Below are positions 1 to 24,724 of a stretch of 64,000 nt of DNA, piece after piece. Within the stretch, counting starts at the first letter, position 1; each line of letters opens with the position of its first letter. The translations under genes were made by a program, and so were the position numbers. A model generated the notes under the pieces. The model saw only the letters and a program-made list of their open reading frames with translations. It ran no database searches and was not told where the DNA came from. This stretch comes from Macrostomum lignano. Lineage: Eukaryota. Location: the NCBI GenBank assembly GCA_002269645.1, contig NIVC01002596.1, positions 1 to 64,000 of the forward strand, in the 5' to 3' direction.

Positions 1-745
1 GAGCAACTCAGTGCTGAGTAGTGCTCAAGTGAGCTCACTGGCTGAAAGAGAAGCGAGTGGTGAGGAGTGAGCAACTCAGTGCTGAGTAGTGCTCAAAGTG
101 AGAGCTCACTGGCTGAAAGAGAAGCGAGTGGGTGAGGAGTGAGCAACTCAGTGCTGAGTAGTGCTCAAGTGAGAGCTCACTGGCTGAAAGAGAAGCGAGT
201 GGGTGAGGAGTGAGCAACTCAGTGCTGAGTAGTGCTTAAGTGAGAGCTCACTGGCTGAAAGAGAAGCGAGTGGGGTGAGGAGTGAGCAACTCAGTGCTGA
301 GTAGTGCTCAAGTGAGAGCTTGCTGCTGAAAGAGAAGCGAGTGGGTGAGGAGTGAGCAACTCAGTGCTGAGTAGTGCTCAAGTGAGAGCTCACTGGCTGA
401 AAGAGAAGCGAGTGGGTGAGGAGTGAGCAACTCAGTGCTGAGTAGTGCTCAAGTGAGAGCTCACTGGCTGAAAGAGAAGCGAGTGGGTGAGGAGTGAGCA
501 AATCAGTGCTGAGTAGTGCTCAAGTGAGAGCTCACTGGCTGAAAGAGAAGCGAGTGGGTGAGGAGTGAGCAACTCAAGTGCTGAGTAGTGCTTAAGTGAG
601 AGCTCACTGGCTGAAAGAGAAGCGAGTGGTGTGGAGTGAGCAACTCAGTGCTGAGTAGTGCTTAAGTGAGAGCTCACTGGCTGAAAAGAGAAGCAAGTGG
701 GTGAGGAGTGAGCAACTCAGTGCTGAGTAGTATTTAAGTAAGAGC
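1..745 (-). repeat. 71-bp tandem array (about 10.5 copies), reverse complement of the array at 6345-6740; runs off the left edge
   Basis: Unit gagcaactcagtgctgagtagtgctcaagtgagagctcactggctgaaagagaagcgagtgggtgaggagt repeats from base 1 and is the reverse complement of the SUMO-upstream unit. Confidence 0.95.
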
Positions 746-910
746 TGACTAGCTAAAAAAACAAATGAAAAATGGTTTTTTTTCAAAAGATAGGCATTAT
801 TATATCTGATTTATATATTATTATCTGCAAAAAATTAACAAATCATTTTCTTGAATTTTTTATAAACTTGCTTTACCATTAAAATTAAATAAAATCAATG
901 CTAGTATAGT

Positions 911-1165
911 CCATACATGCGCAACTGCTGGCCGACCTGGCCAATCTGGCCACCGTAAATTGTGGTAGACCAGGGTAAGTTGCAAAAATGCCCAGCCTAA
1001 AGAATACTGTAGACGTAGTACTAAATAGATGATGAGGCATTTAGCCCTTTTAAGACATTCATAGTTTACTCCTGCTGTTTACCGCAAAATTGCATTAGGT
1101 TTCTTTTACAGGTAATTGCATAAGTTGCATGGCCAGTGTAAATCAGGGGGGTTGTGCATATATGG
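911..1165. mobile_element. Putative decayed MITE, 15-bp TIR, flanked by 6-bp direct repeat TATAGT
   Basis: ccatacatgcgcaac (911-925) vs gttgtgcatatatgg (1151-1165): 13/15 inverted match. tatagt at 905-910 and 1166-1171. Confidence 0.5.
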
Positions 1166-2755
1166 TATAGTCTTATTAACTTGACTATTAGATAATTTAT
1201 TAAAAACTAGAGTAGCACTTAAAATATTCATATTATCAATTTTATGATGCCAAAAAATATGATTTTTAAGCACAAGCAATAAAGCTAATATATAAAAAAA
1301 ATGTTTATGTATAAGAATAATGATTTAATGTTTTTAATTTTAATTTATACATGCTATAATATGCAGACCTAGCTTTCTGATAGTTATAAATGTATTTTTT
1401 AGCTAATAACAATAATTTTTTTTGTTGTTGTGATAACTAACTGGATATTAAGTACAAAAAAATATTTAAAATAGAATAATATTCATAGAAAGAAAGCCAT
1501 GATTATATAATTTTTAAATATCAAACCTATAAGAAACCAATAGAAATCTTTAGCCACTTATAAAGAAAAAAATGTACTAACCTATGAAACTTATCAAATA
1601 TAGAACAAAAGGAAATAGTATTGCATAGGCCTAGCAACTTTCTTATATACTTTTATAAGAAAATTTTACTTTTACTTTTATTATTATTAATTTTAGAAAT
1701 AATTTTTTTTATACTTTTAATTATTTTCTTTTAAAATTGCAGTTTCTATTTAGTTTAACATTGTCAAATGACAATAAACACTTTACTAGGTTTTCTTATA
1801 CTATAGTCATAATAGATGCCAGCTTTGGTTTGTGATCATTTAAATGGAGCATATGAGTAGAAGTGATTGTAAACTAAAAGTGAGAGGGAGGTGTGGCACA
1901 AAAAATTAATTTGAGTAAGGGTAACAGCTTCCATTTCCATTATGCTTCCATTTAGGAGTTTACAGGCAATGTATAACGTGGAATCAGAAGCCACAGTACA
2001 ATGGTCTCAAAATTTTATATTTTGATGCCCTTGATCTGGAATAAGCAGTTTTTTGTGACTATTTGACATGCTTTTTTTTACAGCCAACTTCGGTTTACAA
2101 TCATTTAATGAGAAACGTAAGTTTGGGTGTTTGTAAAGCGAAAGTGATAAATAAGCTACTAGCGAATCAATGTTTGAAAACATTTGACATTTTGAAAACC
2201 TTTTCGATCATTTGAAACTACTGTCGATTTTTGTCTTACAACGAGTAAAATATAAGGTGATCGTAAACCGAAGGATCGCCATAATTGATTTGTATGGATT
2301 GCTTAGGCCTATTGAGTTGTGGGCCGTGGTAAGTCTATTGGCTGCTGGCCAAATAGTCTATTGGCCCAAACCAACAGCAGCAACACTGTAGGTTGTGTAG
2401 CTCTAGTTTTGCAAATATAATTTAGTGTCCTTTATTATATTGACTGGGGTAGGAAGCAATTATGAACAGCAAACCAACAATTGCAACAAATCAGCGCAAT
2501 GAAAATACAGCATATTTTCAAAGAAAGCAAATTTAATACACAAAAGAAATATTGAAGGACACATTACACCTTTAATAAAAATGAAAGACTTTATGAGCTT
2601 GTCATTTCAGTAACAGTAGTTAATGTAATACTTTTTAGTTATTTTTATTTAAATTCATGATTCGTATACATACTAAAAATTCCGTCGAAAAATGAATATT
2701 TTCAAGAAAAATTTAAAACGAACGTACGCGTAGTTGCGTATTGTTTCGCTTTTAT

Positions 2756-3015
2756 GGGCCTTTTCATATTACCAATTCCAGAACCAGAATCGGTTCGGAA
2801 TTCCAAGAAAAACAGCAGTATAACTATTAAACTCTGTTAATATTTGACTGCCTTAACAACCTAACTTAGCACAATTTTTCACTTTCTTCTTGGCGATTGT
2901 CATTCAATAATAAAAACTTTATAGCACGTATCTCCCTCTAGTTATGGAGACAAAAAGTTATACTTCACAAATTGGTTCTGGTTCTGGAACCAGAACAAGC
3001 AATATGAAAAGGCCC
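2756..3015. mobile_element. 260-bp MITE, PIF/Harbinger (Tourist)-like
   Basis: Perfect 15-bp TIR gggccttttcatatt / aatatgaaaaggccc; 3-bp direct repeat TAT on both sides; subterminal ttccagaaccagaa motifs inverted at both ends. Superfamily inferred from 3-bp TSD and GGGCC terminus. Confidence 0.7.
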
Positions 3016-3424
3016 TATGTTATGCTGCTGATGGTTTTAAATTTTCCCACAATATTTAAACTTTAAGGTTAGGTTTTTTAAATTAGGTTTAAACAAGAAT
3101 CACACTTAGATAGGGTTACACTGCCTAAAGTCTAGAGAGTCGAGACTAGGCCCCCTAGTCTAAATATGAAAGGCATTGGTTATAGCAAAAATGGCAAAAA
3201 AATGTTTTTATCTAGTCCCTATTGCATTTTAGGCCTAATCTAAGACTGCGTTTTTTAGGTAGGGCCTATTGAAAATTTAATAGTATTTTAAATAGCCATT
3301 TATTTATTTATTTGAAGATAAAGCAGGGTTATATCAAATTTAAAAACTCAGATCTGGACTTGGACCCAGACCAATATAATTTTCATATTTGCTATTTTAT
3401 GGACCCGGATGACTTATTTTACAG

Positions 3425-3790
3425 ACTTTCTGTCTGTTTGCTTGCAAGAAATTTGCTTGCTGCATATAAGCTTGTCAAAGTTTGCCAGCAGGAACTTTGA
3501 TTGCCAAACTTTGCTTGCCAAGGTTTGCCAGCTACAGTTTTCTTGCGTAACCTTAAAGGACCTATTTTTGAGCTCTTCTATTTCTGCAATTATGATTGCA
3601 AATTTCTAGGAAGCAGACATCAAAATTCCAGTGGCATGGCAAGCAAAATTCCTACAAGCAAATTTCCTGCAAGCAAAGTTCAGCAAGCAAAGTGTGGCAT
3701 GCAATGTTTGGCAAGCAAAGTTTGGCAAACAAAATTCAACAAGCAAAGTTGAGCAAGCAAAATTCTGCAAGCAAACTTCCCATAAGCAAA
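3425..3790. repeat. Degenerate inverted pair of 14-15-bp arrays (foldback-like)
   Basis: aaactttgcttgcc-type units at about 3425-3545 and complementary ggcaagcaaagttt-type units at about 3630-3790. Confidence 0.6.
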
Positions 3791-4304
3791 TGTTATATTC
3801 CCATTGTTCATGTCAAACAGGGCTTTCCATTTCAAGGTTCATCTTACATGTCCTCTATGCTAATAAAAAAAATTGCTATCTAGCAAGGAACAGTGTCATA
3901 TGATGGGCAAGAGCCTGCCATGGCTTAATGCATTATTGCATGTGTCTCTATTGGAGACAGTCCAAGCAAGGCATGGAACTTGATGATGGTTCATTTGTCT
4001 TCTTTAGAGAAGCTTTTTTGCAAAATGGAGGTGTTCATAATAGGACTTGCAAATTTTCTGCTATGAAGCTTCTTCTGGTGTCCAGATTTAAAGCCAAATT
4101 TTTTGTAATAGACACTTTATATCCTAGGCAGTGGCCTGGGCTTAGCCATATTTTGTTATGTAACTTACAAAAATATATTAGTCAATAAGCAAAACTTTTC
4201 TGATAGCCCTTATATAAGAGCCTAAAAGTGTATATTTAATTCTTTTTCTACTTAAATGAATACCAAAATGTTTTTACTATGATACGAGTATAATATACAT
4301 TTAA

Positions 4305-4950
4305 TAGCTGCAGGTCAAAAAGGCAACAGATCAAAAAGGCGACAGTCAGAAAGGTGATAGTCAAAAGGGCAACAATCAAAAGGACAACAATCATAATATA
4401 CACAATTATAAGTTCACATGTATTAGACTTCTGTGTTCAAAATATATTTGTTAATGTACGTGTTAAAATTAGGCCTAGACTTGTGCCTGCATATTTGTTA
4501 ACTTTGCAATCTATTTTATGATTCCTAGCTAACTAGTGAAAAGCTTTATGAATATCAATAGACCTATAAAAAAGGTAGAACACATCAAAAGATGAGCATT
4601 GACTCATTAAGTCTAGACTAAAAGCAATAACAATTTTCTATGCTGAAAAATGAAAAATTTCTATATCCATTATATATATTTTTAGAAAAACTGCCTTGTA
4701 AAATTTTCTAAGAAATGGGGTTTTCCATTCTTTGATACCTGAGTAGTCCTTGGTGCATTACTATACATGCATATATAATGCCAATACAACTATAAGATGT
4801 ACATTTTGACAAATATATGCAAGTCTAATATGTGGACATGTAACTGTTATGATTGTCAGTTTATCACCCTTTAGACTGTTGCCCTTTTGACTATCACCCT
4901 TTTAACTATTGCCTCTTTGATCTATTACCCTTTTGATCAGTTCCCCATTT
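4305..4950. mobile_element. Degenerate foldback/MITE-like element with modular inverted arms
   Basis: Left arm gatcaaaaaggcgacagtcagaaaggtgatagtcaaaagggcaacaatc (about 4329-4377) aligns at about 80% with the reverse complement of about 4870-4925. TTAA at 4301-4304 and 4949-4952. Confidence 0.55.
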
Positions 4951-6344
4951 AACAACATAAAATTGTTCAAAAACAAAAATGTAATATTCATATTATAGAG
5001 CTCTTGGGCCTAATGGCCTAATAGGCCTTGGGTGCACAATGAAGATTAGTGCAGGTGAATGTCTAGCCATCTAGTCATTGCAAGCAATGATTGGGGATAA
5101 TCAGTTGAAACTTACTGAGATACAGGTTTATAAAAGCCATATGGTTATAATAAAAAAAATTAATTAAACTAATAAATATAACTAAACTGAACAATTTTGT
5201 ATCATTAAATCTGTTTCCTATCACAATGGTATGATATTTGTCTATGGTATAAAGTTTCAAGACAAAGTAGTGACTCAAAAAAGATATTCATGTTTGATCA
5301 GACTTTTTAAACAATCTTTATACTAGTAGTATATAGACTTAGTAGTGTAAGATTTAGTATATTATGTCTATACTATTGACCTGAGTGGCCTTATGGCACT
5401 TTTGTATTTTGTATCTTTCTTTTATAGCTTTCATCTATTTAGATTTTCTCTTAGTCTAGGTCTGGGTGTTCCCAGGATCAGAAGGTCATGGCTCTACACT
5501 CAAATCCATTACACAATATGCCAAAAATTGACTCCCTACAAACAAATTTATTTGTGATATATATACTAGACATTACTAGACTATACTAGACAAGCAATTG
5601 TTAAAGAGCCAAAAAGGTGACTGTACCTAGTTTCTTATGCAGAAAACTATGGGCTATATGTTCCTTTGAGTTTAGGCTTAGGATATTAAGATATCCTAAT
5701 ATCAAACTTTAGGGACTAAATGTAAGAAAAAGCAAATCAAATGTTTTTATAAAACTTCCATTATTTTTCTTTTTAAATGGAATAAGGAATTTAAAAGTTT
5801 GTTTTTTTTCATTTCAATGCTAATGCTTGATTACCCCTTAACAAAAGATTCTTTTTAAATAAAGGTTTATTGAGAACATACACAAACACAAAAGCCTCAT
5901 ACTGTTTTATTTATTTATTAGTGTCAATATATAAAAAGAGCAGGAAGTGCATTCATACATTCAAAGTATCATCCATCATATTTAGAAGTATTTGATTGAT
6001 GTGACCACAGGGTTTTAATTCTCTAGTTAGCATGTCTGAAAGGCAAAGAATGAAACATTAAATATTAATATACTGGTATCTATCAAATTGTCGTAATTAC
6101 CTTGAGCTTTAGCACAGCTTTATGAATATGAAGGAAAGTTATGATAGCTATTTAAATTTGCAAGATTTAGTAGTTTCTACTAGTGTAAATATCTACACCA
6201 AAATTGCAATAAAACAATGTCTAGACTTCCAAAATGTTTGTTTTGTCATTAATTTTTCAAAGAGTAAGTCAAGTTTTAGATTCTTCTGACTAACTTTGAA
6301 GCTAGACTGCTGGCTAAATAAGCACTGCCTTCTTTTATTAGCTT

Positions 6345-6740
6345 CTCTTTCAACCAGCGAGCTCTCACTTGAGCACTACTTAGCACTGAGTTGCTCACTC
6401 CTCACCCACTTGCTTCTCTTTCAGCCAGCCAGCTCTCACTTGAGCACTACTCAGCACTGAGTGGCTCACTCCTCACCCACTCGCTTCTCTTTCAGCCAGT
6501 GAGCTCTCACTTGAGCACTACTCAGCACTGAGTTGCTCACTCCTCACCCACTCGCTTCTCTTTCAGCCAGTGAGCTCTCACTTGAGCACTACTCAGCACT
6601 GAGTTGCTCACTCCTCACCCACTCGCTTCTCTTTCAGCCAGTGAGCTCTCACTTGAGCACTACTCAGCACTGAGTGGCTCACTCCTCACCCACTCGCTTC
6701 TCTGCATGCCAGTGAGCTCTCACTTGAGCACTAATCAGCA
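6345..6740 (+). repeat. 71-bp tandem array (about 5.5 copies) immediately upstream of the SUMO ATG
   Basis: Period 71 verified (tcgcttctct at 6481, 6552, 6623). Confidence 0.95.
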
Positions 6741-6746
6741 GCCAGC

Positions 6747-7013
6747 ATGTCGGGAACCAACGCCTCCAGCGAGCACATCAACCTGAAGGTGCAGGGCCAG
6801 GACGGGGCCGTGATCCACTTCAAGATCAAGAAGAACACCCCGCTGAGGAAGCTGATGACCACTTACTGCGATAGGCTGGGCCTTCGGGCACAGACCGTCC
6901 GCTTCATCTTCGACGGAAACAACGTGGAGGAGTCGGACACCCCGGCCACGTTGGACATGGAGGAGAATGACACGATTGAGGTGTTCCAGTCTCAGGTCGG
7001 CGGCTGCGTGTGA
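6747..7013 (+). CDS. SUMO: Small ubiquitin-like modifier (SUMO), 88-aa precursor, intronless CDS
   Basis: [31 protein letters not shown]....RFIFDG....[25 protein letters not shown]: SUMO fold signature with C-terminal di-glycine. GC-rich codon usage. Candidate AATAAA at 7785-7790. Confidence 0.95.
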   Translation: MSGTNASSEHINLKVQGQDGAVIHFKIKKNTPLRKLMTTYCDRLGLRAQTVRFIFDGNNVEESDTPATLDMEENDTIEVFQSQVGGCV

Positions 7014-7039
7014 GCAGCTGGGCTGTGCGACTCATTCTC

Positions 7040-7450
7040 GGTGACTGCTATGGGATGTCAGGGCGGTTGTTTTGGAGATTTGGGGAGTTTATCCCACTGA
7101 CTGCTATGGGGTGTCAGGGCGGTTGTTTTGGGGATTTGGGGAGTTTATCCCACTGACTGCTATGGAGTGTCAGGGCGGTTGTTTTGGGGATTTGGGGAGT
7201 TTATCCCACTGACTGCTATTGGGTGTCAGGGCGGTTGTTTTGGGGATTTGGGGAGTTTATCCCACTGACTGCTATGGAGTGTCAGGGCGGTTGTTTTGGG
7301 GATTTGGGGAGTTAATCCCACTGACTGCTATGGAGTGTCAGGGCGGTTGTTTTGGGGATTTGGGGAGTTTATCCCACTGACTGCTATTGGGTGTCAGGGC
7401 GGTTGTTTTGGGGATTTGGGGAGTTAATCCCACTGACTGCTCTGGGGAGT
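7040..7450 (+). repeat. 56-bp tandem array (about 7 copies) just downstream of the SUMO stop
   Basis: Unit gagtttatcccactgactgctatggagtgtcagggcggttgttttggggatttggg; period 56 (7085, 7141, 7197). Confidence 0.95.
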
Positions 7451-8034
7451 TGGGTATTTCCCCAAACAGCTACCCCGATCTGATGCACTTACTGTTTGCT
7501 TTACTCTTCACTTTACTGTACGCTCGTATGTGGTTCCCTTTTCTTAATCTGTGTTTATGTTGTGTTTCTCATTGTGTAATGTTCGAGGTTTTCTAATCTG
7601 GATTAATACAGTAGATTATTAAAATGATAATATTTAGGGTTGGTTTAAATCTCAATCTTATTAGGGAATTAATAACTGTGTTAATACCTGTCTGTTTTTT
7701 ATTTAATTAAGTCAAAATTCATTTTCGCTTTTGTCGTTTAAAATTATAACATCAAATTGTATGCTTTAATGGCAGTCAGTTGATAATAAATAATCTATGC
7801 GTATTTATGGCTGGCGTTCAAATATAAACTTCAACTAGGGGCTGAGTTATAATATGTTATGCTATAGTTACCCCCGCGCATTTTTATATCGCATGCTCAT
7901 GCAGTGTTGCTGTCTACAAAATATAGTCTTTTTTGGTTTCATTTTTTAAATACAACAAATATTCCCGAATGTTTAAACAGCTGACTGAAGGAAGTCCCGT
8001 TGAAAACTGTCACAAGCGCGTCACGTAGGTTGTA

Positions 8035-9850
8035 GAAGAATCCCCAACATCTGACTGAAGAATCCCCAACAGCTGACTGAAGAATCGCCAACAGCTGACT
8101 GAAGAAGAAGAATCGCCAACAGCTGACTGAAGAATCGCCAACAGCTGACTGAAGAATCGCCAACAGCTGACTGAAGAATCCCCAACAGCTGACTGAAGAA
8201 TCCCCAACAGCTGACTGAAGAATCGCCAACAGCTGACTGAAGAATCCCAACAGCTGACTGAAGAATCCCCAACAGCTGACTGAAGAATCCCCAACAGCTG
8301 ACTGAAGAATCCCCAACAGCTGACTGAAGAATCGCCAACAGCTGACTGAAGAATCGCCAACAGCTGACTGAAGAAGAAGAATCGCCAACAGATGACTGAA
8401 GAATCGCCAACAGCTGACTGAAGAAGAAGAATCGCCAACAGATGACTGAAGAATCGCCAACAGCTGACTGAAGAATCGCCAACAGCTGACTGAAGAAGAA
8501 GAATCGCCAACAGCTGACTGAAGAATCGCCAACAGCTGACTGAAGAATCGCCAACAGCTGACTGAAGAATCGCCAACAGCTGACTGAAGAATCGCCAACA
8601 GCTGACTGAAGAATCTCCAACAGCTGACTGAAGAATCGCCAACAGCTGACTGAAGAATCGCCAACAGCTGACTGAAGAATCCCCAACAGCTGACTTAAGA
8701 ATCCCCAACAGCTGACTGAAGAATCCCCAACAGCTGACTGAAGAATCCCCAACAGCTGACTAAAGAATCCCAACAGCTGACTGAAGAAGAAGAATCGCCA
8801 ACAGCTGACTGAAGAATCCCAACAGCTGACTGAAGAATCCCAACAGCTGACTGAAGAATCCCCAACAGCTGACTGAAGAATCGCCAACAGCTGACTGAAG
8901 AATCCCAACAGCTGACTGAAGAATCCCAACAGCTGACTGAAGAATCCCCAACAGCTGACTGAAGAATCGCCAACAGCTGACTGAAGAATCCCCAACAGCT
9001 GACTGAAGAAGAAGAATCGCCAACAGCTGACTGAAGAATCCCCAACAGCTGACTGAAGAATCCCCAACAGCTGACTGAAGAAGAAGAATCGCCAACAGCT
9101 GACTGAAGAATCGCCAACAGCTGACTGAAGAATCCCCAACAGCTGACTGAAGAATCGCCAACAGCTGACTAAAGAAGAATCGCCAACAGCTGACTGAAGA
9201 ATCCCCAACAGCTGACTGAAGAATCCCCAACAGCTGACTGAAGAATCGCCAACAGCTGACTGAAGAATCCCCAACAGCTGACTGAAGAATCCCCAACAGC
9301 TGACTGAAGAATCCCCAACAGCTGACTGAAGAATCCCCAACAGCTGACTGAGGAATCGCCAACAGCTGACTGAAGAATCCCCAACAGCTGACTGAAGAAG
9401 AAGAATCCCCAACAGCTGACTGAAGAAGAAGAATCCCCAACAGCTGACTGAAGAAGAAGAATCGCCAACAGCTGACTGAAGAATCCCCAACAGCTGACTG
9501 AAGAAGAAGAATCGCCAACAGCTGACTGAAGAATCCCCAACAGCTGACTGAAGAAGAAGAATCGCCAACAGCTGACTGAAGAATCCCCAACAGCTGACTG
9601 AAGAAGAAGAATCGCCAACAGCTGACTGAAGAATCCCCAACAGCTGACTGAAGAAGAAGAATCGCCAACAGCTGACTGAGGAATCGCCAACAGCTGACTG
9701 AAGAATCGCCAACAGCTGACTGAGGAATCGCCAACAGCTGACTGAAGAATCCCCAACAGCTGACTGAAGAATCGCCAACAGCTGACTGAGGAATCGCCAA
9801 CAGCTGACTGAAGAATCCTCAAACTGAAAAATCCCCAACAGCTGACTGAA
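8035..9850. repeat. 22-bp minisatellite (gaagaatcsccaacagctgact) with 25/21-bp variants, about 80 copies
   Basis: Direct reading. Explains ORFs 7939-8664, 8021-9871, 8760-9800 and others. Confidence 0.95.
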
Positions 9851-10578
9851 GAACCAGAGCAATGGCAGCAATAAAATGTACAGTTCAAGTTGATCTTACA
9901 GATTCAAAGCAGAACAGATATATTTTTCAAATCAATGCGAAGCGAATTATTATTAGAAGGACTATGTAAGTGCGTGTAATCTTGTTTTTACATGTGTTTA
10001 GCGGCATACAGTATGTACTACAAGTAGGTAGGATTGAAAATATCCCAGAAATTGAACTGAATAAGAACAATGCACAGGTACATGTACATTGGAAACCTGA
10101 AGCTACTTCGATTGGGCGTCTTTGGCTGCATTTTATTGCTTTCCTCAGCGACAGCAATGTACATGACTAATGTACATGTAAATTATTATAACTGCCATAG
10201 ACAACTGAAGTAGAAGGACGCTACAGTCGATTTTAGTATGCTCTAGAGAATGCATAGCGCTGAATGAGACTTGACCATAGACATTCGATCGAGAAAATTC
10301 GATTTCTCGAGAATTTAGCATGTCGTGCGCATTTATATGCCCAAAACGAAAGTAGACTAAGCGCATTTTGCAAGAAAAGTTTGCAAATGGCTGATCCAAT
10401 GTTTCTATAGCGTCAGTGATAGAATGTGATTTGAAAATATTTTAATGTCACAAAATCCTGCTAAAGTTCAGCAAGTTTTCCTGGCTGAAAATATTATCAT
10501 ATGGACATGAAACTTTTGTAAGTATAATAAGTATATTCGTAATAATATTCATAGTTTAAATCTTGCGAGCAGCTCAGA

Positions 10579-24133
<13,555 letters not shown>

Positions 24134-24724
24134 TGTCTCGCCGATCTGCTGAGGTTAGCTGTCAGATCGCGGTATCTCAGATCCACTGAACAAAACTTAA
24201 GTCGGCCCTTGAGAGCTACTAGTTGGCAGAAAAAACTGGCGAGAGCGCAGAGGACTTAGCTTGTACCTGCAGCTTAGCTAAATAGCATTGCAGAATCAAT
24301 CTATGCTGAACACAGAATGACGAGCTGCGCCGCCAGCCGCACGTACACAAGGGGCCAAGCAGGTAATCTTATCTTCTATCTATTAAGAATATTCACCTTA
24401 AAGCTGGATTTGGGAGAGTTCGTTATAAAGGGTTTTAGCAGGCCTTTTGCTAATGTAGTTTGGACTCTCTGTGTTCACTCTCTCACTCTCTGACGTTTCA
24501 TGAAAATCTGTGCATTTTCTGTGCGGCAGAAATACGTTGCTGCAACGCAAGTTGAAAGGTGCAATCTTCCTTTTTTCCTCCCCCCCCGTGTCATTTTAGA
24601 CTTTCAGAGCGTTTCCACTATTTTACAGATGTTAAATAAAATGTTAAATAATCATAAATCTAGGATTAGTCACTGATTTGATCATTTATTTATCATATTT
24701 TTATTATATAAATAATTGTGTTAG

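Noticed and set aside
7939-9888. Long minus-strand ORFs (up to 616 aa) with SAVGDSSVSCW repeats
   Set aside because: Products of a 22-bp unit that cycles through all three frames; no domain and no credible start or splice context.
9927-10170. Possible small minus-strand gene (MYIAVAEESNKMQPKTPNRSSF..) below a CpG-rich patch
   Set aside because: No recognisable homology; the needed intron would be only about 40 nt and downstream frames close quickly.
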